Assembly: GCA_023334545.1 (NCBI GenBank)
Contig: JAADVB010000067.1
Coordinates: 13,690-77,689, forward strand
Direction of reading: 5' to 3'
Source of the DNA: Salisapilia sapeloensis CBS 127946
Taxonomy: Eukaryota; Protista; Oomycota
Length of the DNA: 64,000 bases
The notes under the pieces are model-generated. The model ran no database searches. It had not been told where the DNA came from and saw only the letters and a program-made list of their open reading frames with translations. Of the stretch, positions 11,500-21,299 are shown piece after piece. Both the position numbers and the translations under genes were made by a program. Each line of letters begins with the position of its first letter. Within the stretch, counting starts at the first letter, position 1.

Positions 11500-13860
11500 A
11501 TGGCCCCGAAACGTCGTTCTCGCAAGTCCACGAAGGACCCGCACGCCGCGCTATCGACGGATGAACGTGCCAAGCTCGGTGCGGAAGCCAAGGAGCGTGG
11601 TAACACGGCCTTCGCCTCCGGCGACCACGCCACGGCCATCAAGGAGTTCTCTTCTGCCATTGCCTATGAGCCGAAGAACGTTATCTACTACTCCAACCGA
11701 TCGGCCGCTTACTTGAGCGCCGGACAGGCCACGCCTGCCCTCCAGGACGCCAAGACCTGTATCGAGATCGACCCTAAGTTCGCTAAGGGCCATGCCCGTC
11801 TCGGTGCCGCCCACTACTACGTCAAGAACTACAGCAAGGCCGTCCAGGCCTACACGCAGGGTCTGACCGCCGAGAAGGGTAACAAGGCCCTCCAGACCGG
11901 TCTGACGCAGGCACAGGCTGCGCTCCAGGTGCAAGAAGAGGAAATCTCGGGCGTTGAGATGGACGAAGCCACGCGCAAGATGAAGCGTATGGAGATCGAG
12001 GAGAAGATCAACGCTGCCCGCAAGGAGCGTGAGGAGCGTGCCAAGCGCGCTGAGAAGGGATTCTCTGAGGTCATTGGTATCGATCTTGGTACGACCTACT
12101 CGTGTGTTGGTGTCTGGAAGGAAGGACAGGTCGAGATCATCGCTAACAGCGAAGGTAACCGTACCACGCCTTCCTGGGTCGCCTTCAACGACTCTGAACG
12201 TTTGATCGGTGAGGCCGCTAAGATCCAGGCTGCTGGTAACCCGGCCAACACGGTCTTCGACGCCAAGCGTATCATCGGTCGTCAGTTCAACGACGAAGTC
12301 GTCAAGAAGGACGCTGCTCACTTCCCGTTCAAGATCGTGGAGGGCGACAGCGACAAGATCCTCATCGAAGTCGAGTTCAAGGGCGAGAACAAGCGCTTCA
12401 CGCCGGAAGAAATCTCCTCCATGGTCCTTACCCGTATGAAGGAGACCGCCGAGGCCTACTTGGGCCAGAACATCGGCCAGGCCGTCGTCACGGTCCCTGC
12501 TTACTTCAACGACCAGCAGCGTCAGTCCACCAAGGACGCCGGTTCTATCGCTGGCCTTGACGTCAAGCGTATCATTAACGAGCCGACGGCTGCTGCCCTT
12601 GCCTACGGTCTCGACACCAACGCCGGTTCGGACGGTACGGCCTGCAACGTCCTTATCTTCGATCTTGGTGGAGGTACCTTCGATGTGTCCATCCTGTCCA
12701 TCGAGAACGGTATCTTCGAGGTCAAGGCCACTGGTGGTGACACTCACCTCGGTGGTGAGGACTTCGACAACAACGTCGTTGACTTTGTCGTGTCCGAGTT
12801 CAAGCGTAAGAACCGTGGCATGGACCCCACGACCTCGGCTCGTTCCATGCGTCGTCTCCGAACGGCGTGTGAGTCTGCCAAGCGTATGCTTTCCACGACC
12901 ACGAGCGCTTCCATCGAAGTCGACTCGCTCTTCGAGGGTGTTGACTTCTCCACCACGATCACTCGTGCCAAGTTCGAGAGCTTGAACGAGGAGCTCTTCA
13001 AGCGTTGCGAGGAGACCGTCCAGAAGGTCCTGAACGACGCTTCCATGAAGCCGGAGGACGTCTCGGACGTTGTCCTTGTCGGTGGTTCTACCCGTATCCC
13101 CAAGGTCCAGACGCTCCTGTCCACCCAGTTCGGCGGCAAAGAGCTCTCCAAGTCCATCAACCCGGACGAGGCCGTTGCCTACGGTGCTGCCGTCCAGGGT
13201 GCCATCCTCGACGGCATCCGTAACGACGCTACTAACAGCCTCTTGTTGGTCGATGTCACGCCGCTCTCCCTCGGTATCGAGACTGTCGGCAAGGTCATGA
13301 GTGTGCTCATCAAGCGTAACACGGCCATCCCGGTCCGTAAAACGCGTGTGTACACGACGGAAGAGGACTACCAGACGTCTGTCGATGTCTGCATCTACGA
13401 GGGTGAACGTGCCCACGTTGAGCAGAACAACAAGCTCGGAGAGTTCAACATCTCTGGACTTGAACGCGCTCGCCGTGGTGAGCCGCAGATCGAAGTTACG
13501 TTCGAGATCGATGCTAACGGTATCCTCAACGTGTCTGCCCGCGACAAGAAGACGGGTGCCAAGGCCGAGACGACCATCTCGAACAACCGTGGCCGTCTGA
13601 GTCAGGACGAGATCGACCGCATGGTCTCGGACGCTGAGAAGTACCGTAAGGACGACGCTGAGATGCTCCGCCGCATTGAGGCTCGCAACGAGCTTGAGCA
13701 GTTCATCTACCGTGCCATTGAGACCGCCCGTGAGAAGGGTGACACTAACGCTGAGAGCGCTATCCGTGACGCGCGCGACTGGTTGGAGGACCACGAGGAA
13801 GCGACGCTGCGCGAGATTGAGGACAAGAAGCGCATGCTTGAGCGTATGGTGCGTGCCTAA
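11500..13860 (+). CDS. TPR-Hsp70 fusion protein (Hop/Sti1-like 3xTPR plus cytosolic-type Hsp70, no EEVD), 786 aa
   Basis: Single exon from ATG 11500. TPR: [23 protein letters not shown]. Hsp70 signatures [35 protein letters not shown], linker [16 protein letters not shown]-terminus is [11 protein letters not shown]. Confidence 0.93.
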   Translation: MAPKRRSRKSTKDPHAALSTDERAKLGAEAKERGNTAFASGDHATAIKEFSSAIAYEPKNVIYYSNRSAAYLSAGQATPALQDAKTCIEIDPKFAKGHARLGAAHYYVKNYSKAVQAYTQGLTAEKGNKALQTGLTQAQAALQVQEEEISGVEMDEATRKMKRMEIEEKINAARKEREERAKRAEKGFSEVIGIDLGTTYSCVGVWKEGQVEIIANSEGNRTTPSWVAFNDSERLIGEAAKIQAAGNPANTVFDAKRIIGRQFNDEVVKKDAAHFPFKIVEGDSDKILIEVEFKGENKRFTPEEISSMVLTRMKETAEAYLGQNIGQAVVTVPAYFNDQQRQSTKDAGSIAGLDVKRIINEPTAAALAYGLDTNAGSDGTACNVLIFDLGGGTFDVSILSIENGIFEVKATGGDTHLGGEDFDNNVVDFVVSEFKRKNRGMDPTTSARSMRRLRTACESAKRMLSTTTSASIEVDSLFEGVDFSTTITRAKFESLNEELFKRCEETVQKVLNDASMKPEDVSDVVLVGGSTRIPKVQTLLSTQFGGKELSKSINPDEAVAYGAAVQGAILDGIRNDATNSLLLVDVTPLSLGIETVGKVMSVLIKRNTAIPVRKTRVYTTEEDYQTSVDVCIYEGERAHVEQNNKLGEFNISGLERARRGEPQIEVTFEIDANGILNVSARDKKTGAKAETTISNNRGRLSQDEIDRMVSDAEKYRKDDAEMLRRIEARNELEQFIYRAIETAREKGDTNAESAIRDARDWLEDHEEATLREIEDKKRMLERMVRA

Positions 13861-14049
13861 ACGAAGCGGAAAGACGATGCGAATGGCGGGTTAGCTTAGG
13901 GATCCCGTCATGAGTTTTTAGTAAACTTAGTACTTATCTTTCTTTTCCACCACAATCAGAAGAGCTTTTTACGTACAATGTTCCATCCGTCTTGTCTTCT
14001 GTTTTAAAGATACTGCATGTAAGTCGTGTGTGCTTAGTGTAGAGGATGG

Positions 14050-16500
14050 CGGAGAGTGGTTGACACAAAAGACTTCACCAGGAGTGGGTCTAGCGCTGTT
14101 GTGCTTATAAGCTGTGTTAGATAGGCGTTTGAAGGTGATGGGGACGAAACGAGCGAGCTGGAGTATTTGTAGGAACGGTCTTAGCTTTGGGCGAAGGGCA
14201 GTGAGATGGATGGATGATCTTTAGACGGACTGGACTGGCAGAGTTGGAAGGTTGTAACTGCGTTATTGATAGCAAGTGCTCGCTTCGGTTTCTTTCAGCA
14301 TGCTTGTTCGGGTACAAAAGGATAAAGACGGGGTTTTCGTGGGCTGATATCGTTCTCTACTTTTAGTCTGACATAGACAAAATGCTGTGCAGCTTGTAGA
14401 CGCCCAAGTCTTTAACATACTCCAAGATCATTCTATCAAACGTATCTTTATAGTAGCGATCGATTTCGTTGTCGGAATATGCCTGATTGGACAGCAAGGT
14501 AATTTAACCGTCCACGTAAGCACGATTTTATGTAGGATACTAGGCAAAGCTCTTGGAGAGAGTTGCGTGATTGTACAGGAAGACACACGGTTACCGACAG
14601 ACATCATGTCGAGCAGTTATTGGCTTTTGCTAGCTTCCTATCGACGTTCCAAACAAAAAAATCAATTGAATTAAAGTAAAATGCGAGTAATAGCGATATA
14701 TTAGCGATCCAAAGGGAGCAAACACTAGTGCAGCGTGTACAAACTGAGATCGGATGTTATGGTTGGTTAAAGCATCCAATTCATACAAAGAGTTGTTAGA
14801 TCTCGATGCGAAATGACTCATGGAAACCTTAAGAGAATCTCTATAAGCCCCTACTTTGATCTGACTTTCGATTGTAAATTCGCGACAGTCACGATCAGCT
14901 TATTCTCTTCGCAACGATCAATCTTCATTCGCTTTTGGTAGTTTAACACGCAAGTATCACTCCACTTCTGCCTCTCCGTCATTCGCAGTTTTAGAATATC
15001 ATGAGATCATGTCTCGTCGAGTTCACTTGACCATCTTTACGCCCAAACATTCTTGGTAACCCCTCCAAATGCAAAAATCTCCTTGTGGGACTATAGAGAC
15101 ATCACAAGTACATTCGCTTTAAACATTTAGTGCTCACGTTTCACGACATGCGATTGCTACTTCGCACACTGCTTGGAGTTGTAGGTGGTGAAGAGCTAAA
15201 GGCCATGCTTTTCAACCACATAGTGAATATGCAGGCTCTTGATGTCGACATGCAGCCCACAATTGACAGAGATTCTATTATTGGAACTTACCCGTGTATC
15301 CAAAGTACAAGCAGGACAAGTGGATCAAGCAGTAGTTTCGTGCATATACGACCAACTCATGCGCTCAGGACGCTGGATGATGCTCGCAGATACAATAGAT
15401 CAATGTGAGCGAAGGATATCAGGTCGCAGCTGCATGTCAAGGGAGATGATTTGGAAAAGAAGACCAAAACGTTCAATGGCAACCTGGAAATTTCACTTCG
15501 AAGACATGTCTGACTATCTATCTGATGTATTCTAAATAGTCTACTCCAGCTGATAAAAGGACGGTCATTCCTGCTACCAACTCTTCGTCTATCAGCTCTC
15601 CAAGTACGCCACTGACGTCCGATATAACAGTGCACTACTGGGCAAAATGCTCGAGAAAGCTCTTCGATAACATGTACTTCAAGTCTGAATGATAATCAGA
15701 CAGGTCGTTCGGTTGTGTATATGTACAAAATGCCATAACGAACCTCAGCCACCGATATTTGTAGATTTGAAAGAGGACCATTCATTTCAGCATTTGATAG
15801 GCAAGGGAAAGAGGATGAAATCTATTGATATTATGCTTCCTGACAAACTGATCTAGTGGTTGCTTTTAAGCTACCATTGGTGAACATGGAGCGAGCAATG
15901 CTACATGAGATTGCTGATTTCCCTACATGGTTTTCGCTCAGTTTATAAATGATGTCAACGTAAGCGAAAGTGCTTCCGTACACCTGTCTATTACGAACTT
16001 GGAAGATAAGAATTAGAAATCGCCGCTTATGCTGGCTAGCTACCAAACATTTACATGCTCTCTTTAAGTCAGGGCAAAATGAGCCGCAAGGAACGCGCAA
16101 GGAAAAGCGTATAGTCCAGCTGGATAGGATATAGTAGTAGGGTCGTATTTTGAGTTGGGGATCCATGACTAGCACGATGTTTCGACAAAGTGAAGGTTAG
16201 GCAGTTAGCTCTCGAGGCCGAGTCCAACTCTACCCGCTCTGCTATGTGCACGCTAGCATTTAAAAGCGACGTCATTTCCATCTTGTTGACATAAACCAAG
16301 TCATGTCAGCCTCCTAATCACCGTTTGTGTCTGGACGACTGATAGGAGTTGGGAAGTTCCTTCGCGTCACCATAATGTAGCCTAGACCTATTGGATAAAC
16401 TTCCGATTTGGTGGTGGAGCGACGCCAGCACATCACATTCAGGATATAGATGTCACCATGTGCTGGAGAAGGATATAGTGAAACGACGAAGAGAGAGCCT
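14050..16500 (-). mobile_element. Heavily decayed non-LTR retrotransposon (LINE ORF2) relic
   Basis: Ordered degenerate motifs in broken minus frames: endonuclease-like IYILNV and SKHRA (16.2-16.5 kb), ISVAEVRYGILYIYTTERPV* (15.7 kb; like ITxxEV..KAPGPDG), IVPQGD (15077-15094; RT QG motif), RHDLMIF (14994-15014; ADD motif). Many stops and frameshifts; boundaries approximate. Confidence 0.45.
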
Positions 16501-16992
16501 TACTACGAACCGGCTAGACAAGTAACCTGCATGCACTGATTCGTGTCGTGCGAATCGCTTCCACATGTCACCATCAGATGGCCCATTTACCGCCAGAAAT
16601 CAACCAAATTAATCAATCTACCTCACATATTAATCAAATTTAAGTCTCCAATATATCTTTTTAAGTACTTAATCTTCATCTCTTCTTGCAACATACCCAT
16701 ATCTGTCGCAATGGCATGTAAGAGTGGCGCTAGACTTGTATGAGATGACTCAGATTGCAGAAAAGATGATTTGTACAGTCGGAGGATGCGCGGACATAGT
16801 CAATTCTGCAGTATCGACGGTAGGAGATGGGCATCGTGTGGCCGTAAGAGTACCACTCTTTAAATCTGTCCGGTTTGTAAGTGACTCGTTTCTGTCAGGT
16901 CTCCTTGGTCACCTCTGCTGCGCCGAACAAACTACCACAAACTATTCGGCATACAAGGCGCAAGACGCTTCTGCCTCTCGACTTCGTCCAGT

Positions 16993-17008
16993 CCTCATTT
17001 TCCGATTT
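16993..17008 (+). promoter_or_regulatory. Oomycete core promoter (Inr+FPR) of POT transporter 1
   Basis: CCTCATTTTCCGATTT matches GCTCATTYBNNNWTTY with one mismatch, ending 24 nt before ATG 17033. Confidence 0.7.
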
Positions 17009-17032
17009 GCGCCCAGGACGTCAAAGCTAAAG

Positions 17033-18886
17033 ATGGCGGATATCAAATCGCCAGGAATCGAGTCCCCTTCGACAGGGTACGCGAATATATGGGATTCTCG
17101 ACCGAAGAAATACAAGAATATCATCTTCCAAGTAGCCATCTTCATCCTTGTGATGGAATTGTCTGAACGATTGAGTTACTATGGTATCAACCAAGGTCTC
17201 AAGAATTTCATGCAGAAGATCGGGTGGAGTGTCGTGTCCTCCAGTGCCATCAAAAGTACATGGACATCCTTGTGCTACCTCACGCCCATCCTAGGTGCGT
17301 ACATCGCCGATGAGAAGTGGGGGCGATATCGCACCATCCTCGTGTTCGGTGTCTGGTACTGCATCGGCGACTTCCTCGTCGGCATTGCCGCGCACCCTGA
17401 CATCATGGACAACTCGGCAGCAGTGAACTCGATCTTCGTTACCGGGCTCTTCCTTGGTATCGGTGTCGGAACTGGTGCTATCAAGTCCAATGTCATCACG
17501 TTCGGTGCCGACCAGTTCAATCCGCATGACGAAAACGAGATGCGTCAGAAGACCACATACTTCACTTACTTCTACTTCGCTATCAATGTCGGATCGACGT
17601 TCTCGTACGCGTACCTGTCTACGCTCTGTGTCAACGGCTCTCCTCAGATCCCAGCAGAGTACGGATACTTTGCCACGTACTTGATCTGCGCTGGTGTCTT
17701 CGCATGCTCCATCGCAATCTTTGTTTTGGGTTCCTCCCGTTACGTCTACATGCCTCCCGTTGATCGAGCGATCTCTACTCTTGCCAGAGTATGCTGGTAC
17801 GCGTCCAAGAAGACGGTCAAGGGCAAGGCTCTCGTCTACGGCTCTGGACTTTTCGTCATCGCCTTCTTCGTGAACATCGCGGCTGCATTCCTTACGACGT
17901 ATGAAACTCTATCGGAGGCACTATCTTACGTGTGTGCTGCGATCGTACTCATCGGAGTCGTCTGCTGGGTCGTTATCGGTATGAACCCCAGCTTCCTCGA
18001 TGTTGCCAGCACCGAGAACGGTGGTCCATTCGACCCTGCCAAGGTCCACGGTTACAAGTGCCTTCTGCGCTGTCTGCCATACGCCGCCTTCACGATCATC
18101 TGGCAGTGCGCATACGATCAGACGGATGCCAACTTCCAGACGATCACGCAGCAGTGTGATCTTCGTTGGGACCGTAGCGACCCTGAGAGCAGCCAAGTCC
18201 CCGGTGCCGCTCTCGGTGTCTTCAACCCGGTCGTCATCGTCATCTGGATCCCCATCCTTGACACATTCGTGTACCCGACGTACGAGAAGTTCGCTGGCAA
18301 GCCGCCGAGTCAGTTCGGCCGTACGTGTACTGGTTTCTGCGTTGCCATCGTCGGTTTGCTCTGGGCTGGTTTCTTCGAGATGATTCGTCGTGGCGCCGGT
18401 CCGCTCGAGCAGGCGAATGGCGAGCCCATTCTTGATGATGGCAGTGAACAACCAATGAACAACATCTCGTGGGCCGCTGCCATCCCGAACTACGTCTTCG
18501 TCGGAGTTGCCGAGACCTTTGTGAACGTGACGGCGTACGATGTGTTCTACGCAAACGTTCCGCAGGGCTTGAAGAGTATCTCGCAAGCGTTGAATCTGTT
18601 GATGGTTTGCATGGGCAGTATCATGACATCCGTCTTCACGATCATGTTCCAGCGGTACATTCCGACGGACAATCTGAACGACGCCAACCTCGAGTATATG
18701 TTCTTCACCATTTGTGCCGTCAGTGTCGTGAACCTCGCGTGCTTCATGTGGGTGATGCTCAAGATGGACTTTGGTCTCTCTACGTCGCCAGTCATCGACA
18801 CTGCAGAAGCAGATGATCCGAACGGCTTGGAGAAGATTTCTCAAGTTTCTTTATCTCGTCAAAGCTTCACGGAAGGCAAGCAGTAA
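17033..18886 (+). CDS. Proton-dependent oligopeptide transporter (POT/PTR2 family), 617 aa
   Basis: ExxER motif ELSERLSYYG, PTR2 signatures GAYIADEKWGRYRTI and FYFAINVGS, multiple hydrophobic helices. ATG chosen from the Inr position and the paralogue alignment. Confidence 0.93.
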   Translation: MADIKSPGIESPSTGYANIWDSRPKKYKNIIFQVAIFILVMELSERLSYYGINQGLKNFMQKIGWSVVSSSAIKSTWTSLCYLTPILGAYIADEKWGRYRTILVFGVWYCIGDFLVGIAAHPDIMDNSAAVNSIFVTGLFLGIGVGTGAIKSNVITFGADQFNPHDENEMRQKTTYFTYFYFAINVGSTFSYAYLSTLCVNGSPQIPAEYGYFATYLICAGVFACSIAIFVLGSSRYVYMPPVDRAISTLARVCWYASKKTVKGKALVYGSGLFVIAFFVNIAAAFLTTYETLSEALSYVCAAIVLIGVVCWVVIGMNPSFLDVASTENGGPFDPAKVHGYKCLLRCLPYAAFTIIWQCAYDQTDANFQTITQQCDLRWDRSDPESSQVPGAALGVFNPVVIVIWIPILDTFVYPTYEKFAGKPPSQFGRTCTGFCVAIVGLLWAGFFEMIRRGAGPLEQANGEPILDDGSEQPMNNISWAAAIPNYVFVGVAETFVNVTAYDVFYANVPQGLKSISQALNLLMVCMGSIMTSVFTIMFQRYIPTDNLNDANLEYMFFTICAVSVVNLACFMWVMLKMDFGLSTSPVIDTAEADDPNGLEKISQVSLSRQSFTEGKQ

Positions 18887-19204
18887 AGCGGATGTGCAGT
18901 ACCTGGTTGAAACTAGTCTCCAAAAAGAAATAAAGCCAGCCTTGTGTAAGTCAAACGATATTCTTGTTCTACTTCAACCGTTTTGGACTCTTGCATAGGT
19001 CGGCGCGAGAGTACCCTACACGTCTGCTTCATGTACGTACCACTTGGATATTCTAAATGAGAATGTATCAAGAATTTTTATACTAATGGTATGAGTATAG
19101 GTAGATGGAAGAGGGAGGAGATAAAACACTACATGAAAGTGCATTGTATTGTCAAGCAAAAGAGAGGTTACTATAGCTTTCCCCTATCGATCGCAGAAAG
19201 CTTG

Positions 19205-21055
19205 CTACTGCTTACCGTCCGCAACGCTGTGGCGGGACACAGAGATATACGACATCTTCTCGAGACCGGCAGGTTCGTCCTGCAGCGGGTCCACAGGTTC
19301 AGAAGAGGACAGACCAAATTCCATCTTGAGCATCACCCACACGAAGAAGGCGAGGTTGACGACACTGATGGCAGCGACCGTGAAGAACATGTACTCGAGG
19401 TTGGCCTCGTTCAGATTGTCCGTCGGAATGTACTTGGAGAACATGATGGTGAACGTCGACGTCATAATACTTCCCATGGAAACCATGAAGAGGTTAAGGG
19501 CTTGAGCAATACTCTTCAAGCCCTGAGGGACATACGAGTAGAACACATCGTACGCAGTGACGTTGATTAGACACTCGGCCATACCGATGAAGAGGTAGTT
19601 CGGGATAGCAGCGGCCCACGAGATGTTGTTCATCGGCTGGTGACTACCATCGTCGAGAATGGGCTCGCCATTCGCTTGGGTGAGAACACCAGCATTACGA
19701 CGGATAATTTCGAAGGCACCAGCCCAGAAGAGACCAACGATGGAGACGAGGAGGCCAGCAATCGTACGGCCGAACTTGCTCGCAGGCTTGCCAGCGAACT
19801 TCTCGTACGTCGGGTAGATGATCGAGTCGAGGATCGGGATGAAGATCACAATGATGATCGGGTCGAAGACACCGAGAGCAGCGCCAGGCACTTGACTGTT
19901 GTCCGGCTCACTCGTGTCCCATCGAAGGTCGCACTGCTGTGTGATCGACTGGAAGTTGGCATCCGTCTGATCATATGCGCACTGCCAGATGATGGTGAAA
20001 GAAGCGTATGGTAGGCATCGGATGAGCGCTTTGTACCCCTCGATCTTGTTCGGGTCATAGATGCCACCATACTCGGCGCTGGCAACGTTGAAGAACGACG
20101 GGTCCATACCGGACTTGACCCAGCTGACCATACCGATGAGCACGAGGACGAAGCAGACGTACGAGAGAGCCTCCGACGTAGACTTGTCCTCGGCCAAGAA
20201 GGCGGTGATGACGTTCATGATGAAAGCAATGATGTAGCTCAAGGTGCCGTACATAAAGATCTTGCCGCCCGTCGAGTGCTGGCATACGTACCACGAGACC
20301 TTGAAAAACGTCGAGATGCACTTATCGACGGGAGGCATGTGCACGTAGCGAGGCGTGCCGAGAATGAAGATGAGGATAGCGACACCGAAAACGGCGGAAC
20401 AGATCAAGTATGTGGCAAAGTATCCGTACTCTGCTGGGATCTGAGGAGAGCCGTTGACACAGAGCGTAGACAGGTACGCGTACGAGAACGTCGATCCGAG
20501 GTTGATGGCAAAGTAAAAGTAGCTGAAGAATGTTTCCTTCTGCTTCACTTCGTTTTCGTCATGCGGATTGAACTGGTCGGCACCGAACGTGATAACATTG
20601 GACTTGATGCAACCGGTTCCGACACCAATACCGAGGAACAGACCAACGACGAAGATGGGTGTGCAAATAGACGAGTTGTCCATGATGTCAGGGTACGCAG
20701 CGATAGCGACGAGGAAGTCACCAATGCAGTACCAGATACCAAAGATCAGGATGACACGCCACCGACCCCACTTTTCATCAGCAAGGTAGGCACCGAAGAT
20801 GGGCGTGAGGTAGCACAAGGATGTCCATGTACTCTTGATGGCACTGGCGGACACAACACTCCATCCGATCTGCTGCATGAAGTTCTTGAGACCTTGGTTG
20901 ATACCATAGTAACTTAGACGCTCGGCAAGTTCCATCATGAGGATGAAACTCGAAACTTGGAAGAGGACGCTCTTATATTTAACAGGTCGGGCATCCCACA
21001 CCGACGTGTAGCCGACATTCGGCGAGTCGGCCGCGGGGGACTTGATGTCAGCCAT
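19205..21055 (-). CDS. POT/PTR2 family peptide transporter paralogue, 616 aa
   Basis: ELAERLSYYG, GAYLADEKWGRWRVI, FYFAINLGS. Colinear with the 17033 gene (both start MADIKSP and end GKQ). Confidence 0.93.
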   Translation of the reverse strand: MADIKSPAADSPNVGYTSVWDARPVKYKSVLFQVSSFILMMELAERLSYYGINQGLKNFMQQIGWSVVSASAIKSTWTSLCYLTPIFGAYLADEKWGRWRVILIFGIWYCIGDFLVAIAAYPDIMDNSSICTPIFVVGLFLGIGVGTGCIKSNVITFGADQFNPHDENEVKQKETFFSYFYFAINLGSTFSYAYLSTLCVNGSPQIPAEYGYFATYLICSAVFGVAILIFILGTPRYVHMPPVDKCISTFFKVSWYVCQHSTGGKIFMYGTLSYIIAFIMNVITAFLAEDKSTSEALSYVCFVLVLIGMVSWVKSGMDPSFFNVASAEYGGIYDPNKIEGYKALIRCLPYASFTIIWQCAYDQTDANFQSITQQCDLRWDTSEPDNSQVPGAALGVFDPIIIVIFIPILDSIIYPTYEKFAGKPASKFGRTIAGLLVSIVGLFWAGAFEIIRRNAGVLTQANGEPILDDGSHQPMNNISWAAAIPNYLFIGMAECLINVTAYDVFYSYVPQGLKSIAQALNLFMVSMGSIMTSTFTIMFSKYIPTDNLNEANLEYMFFTVAAISVVNLAFFVWVMLKMEFGLSSSEPVDPLQDEPAGLEKMSYISVSRHSVADGKQ

Positions 21056-21087
21056 ATTTCGAAAAGACAGGCTGTGAGGTCGAAGAG

Positions 21088-21103
21088 AAATCGGCAAATG
21101 AGC
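21088..21103 (-). promoter_or_regulatory. Oomycete core promoter (Inr+FPR) of POT transporter 2
   Basis: Minus strand GCTCATTTGCCGATTT is an exact match to GCTCATTYBNNNWTTY, 32 nt before ATG 21055. Confidence 0.75.
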
Positions 21104-21299
21104 CTGAGTGGCGTGAAGAAATACAGACTGGTAAAGGGTGAACTAATACTGACGCTGCTATGCAAGAAGTATTTAACCCGGCTCTAGGCTCGAAGCTGTT
21201 GACGTAATTCGCATGCATGGCTGGTCTATGCACAGCCAGTGATCTTATCCATGTGCGAAGTGCGGGCTCTCGATTGGCCCACTAGGCGTACCTGGCTCA

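Noticed and set aside
11551-13794. 747-aa antisense ORF over Hsp70 as a real gene
   Set aside because: In exact codon register with the sense gene and explained by codon bias. Long antisense ORFs opposite hsp70/dnaK (the claimed NAD-GDH) are a known artefact.
17921-20917. Antisense ORFs of 124-307 aa over both POT genes (and 9777-10217 over MCM7)
   Set aside because: Mirror frames of GC3-rich coding sequence. Their mutual similarity only reflects the paralogy of the sense genes.
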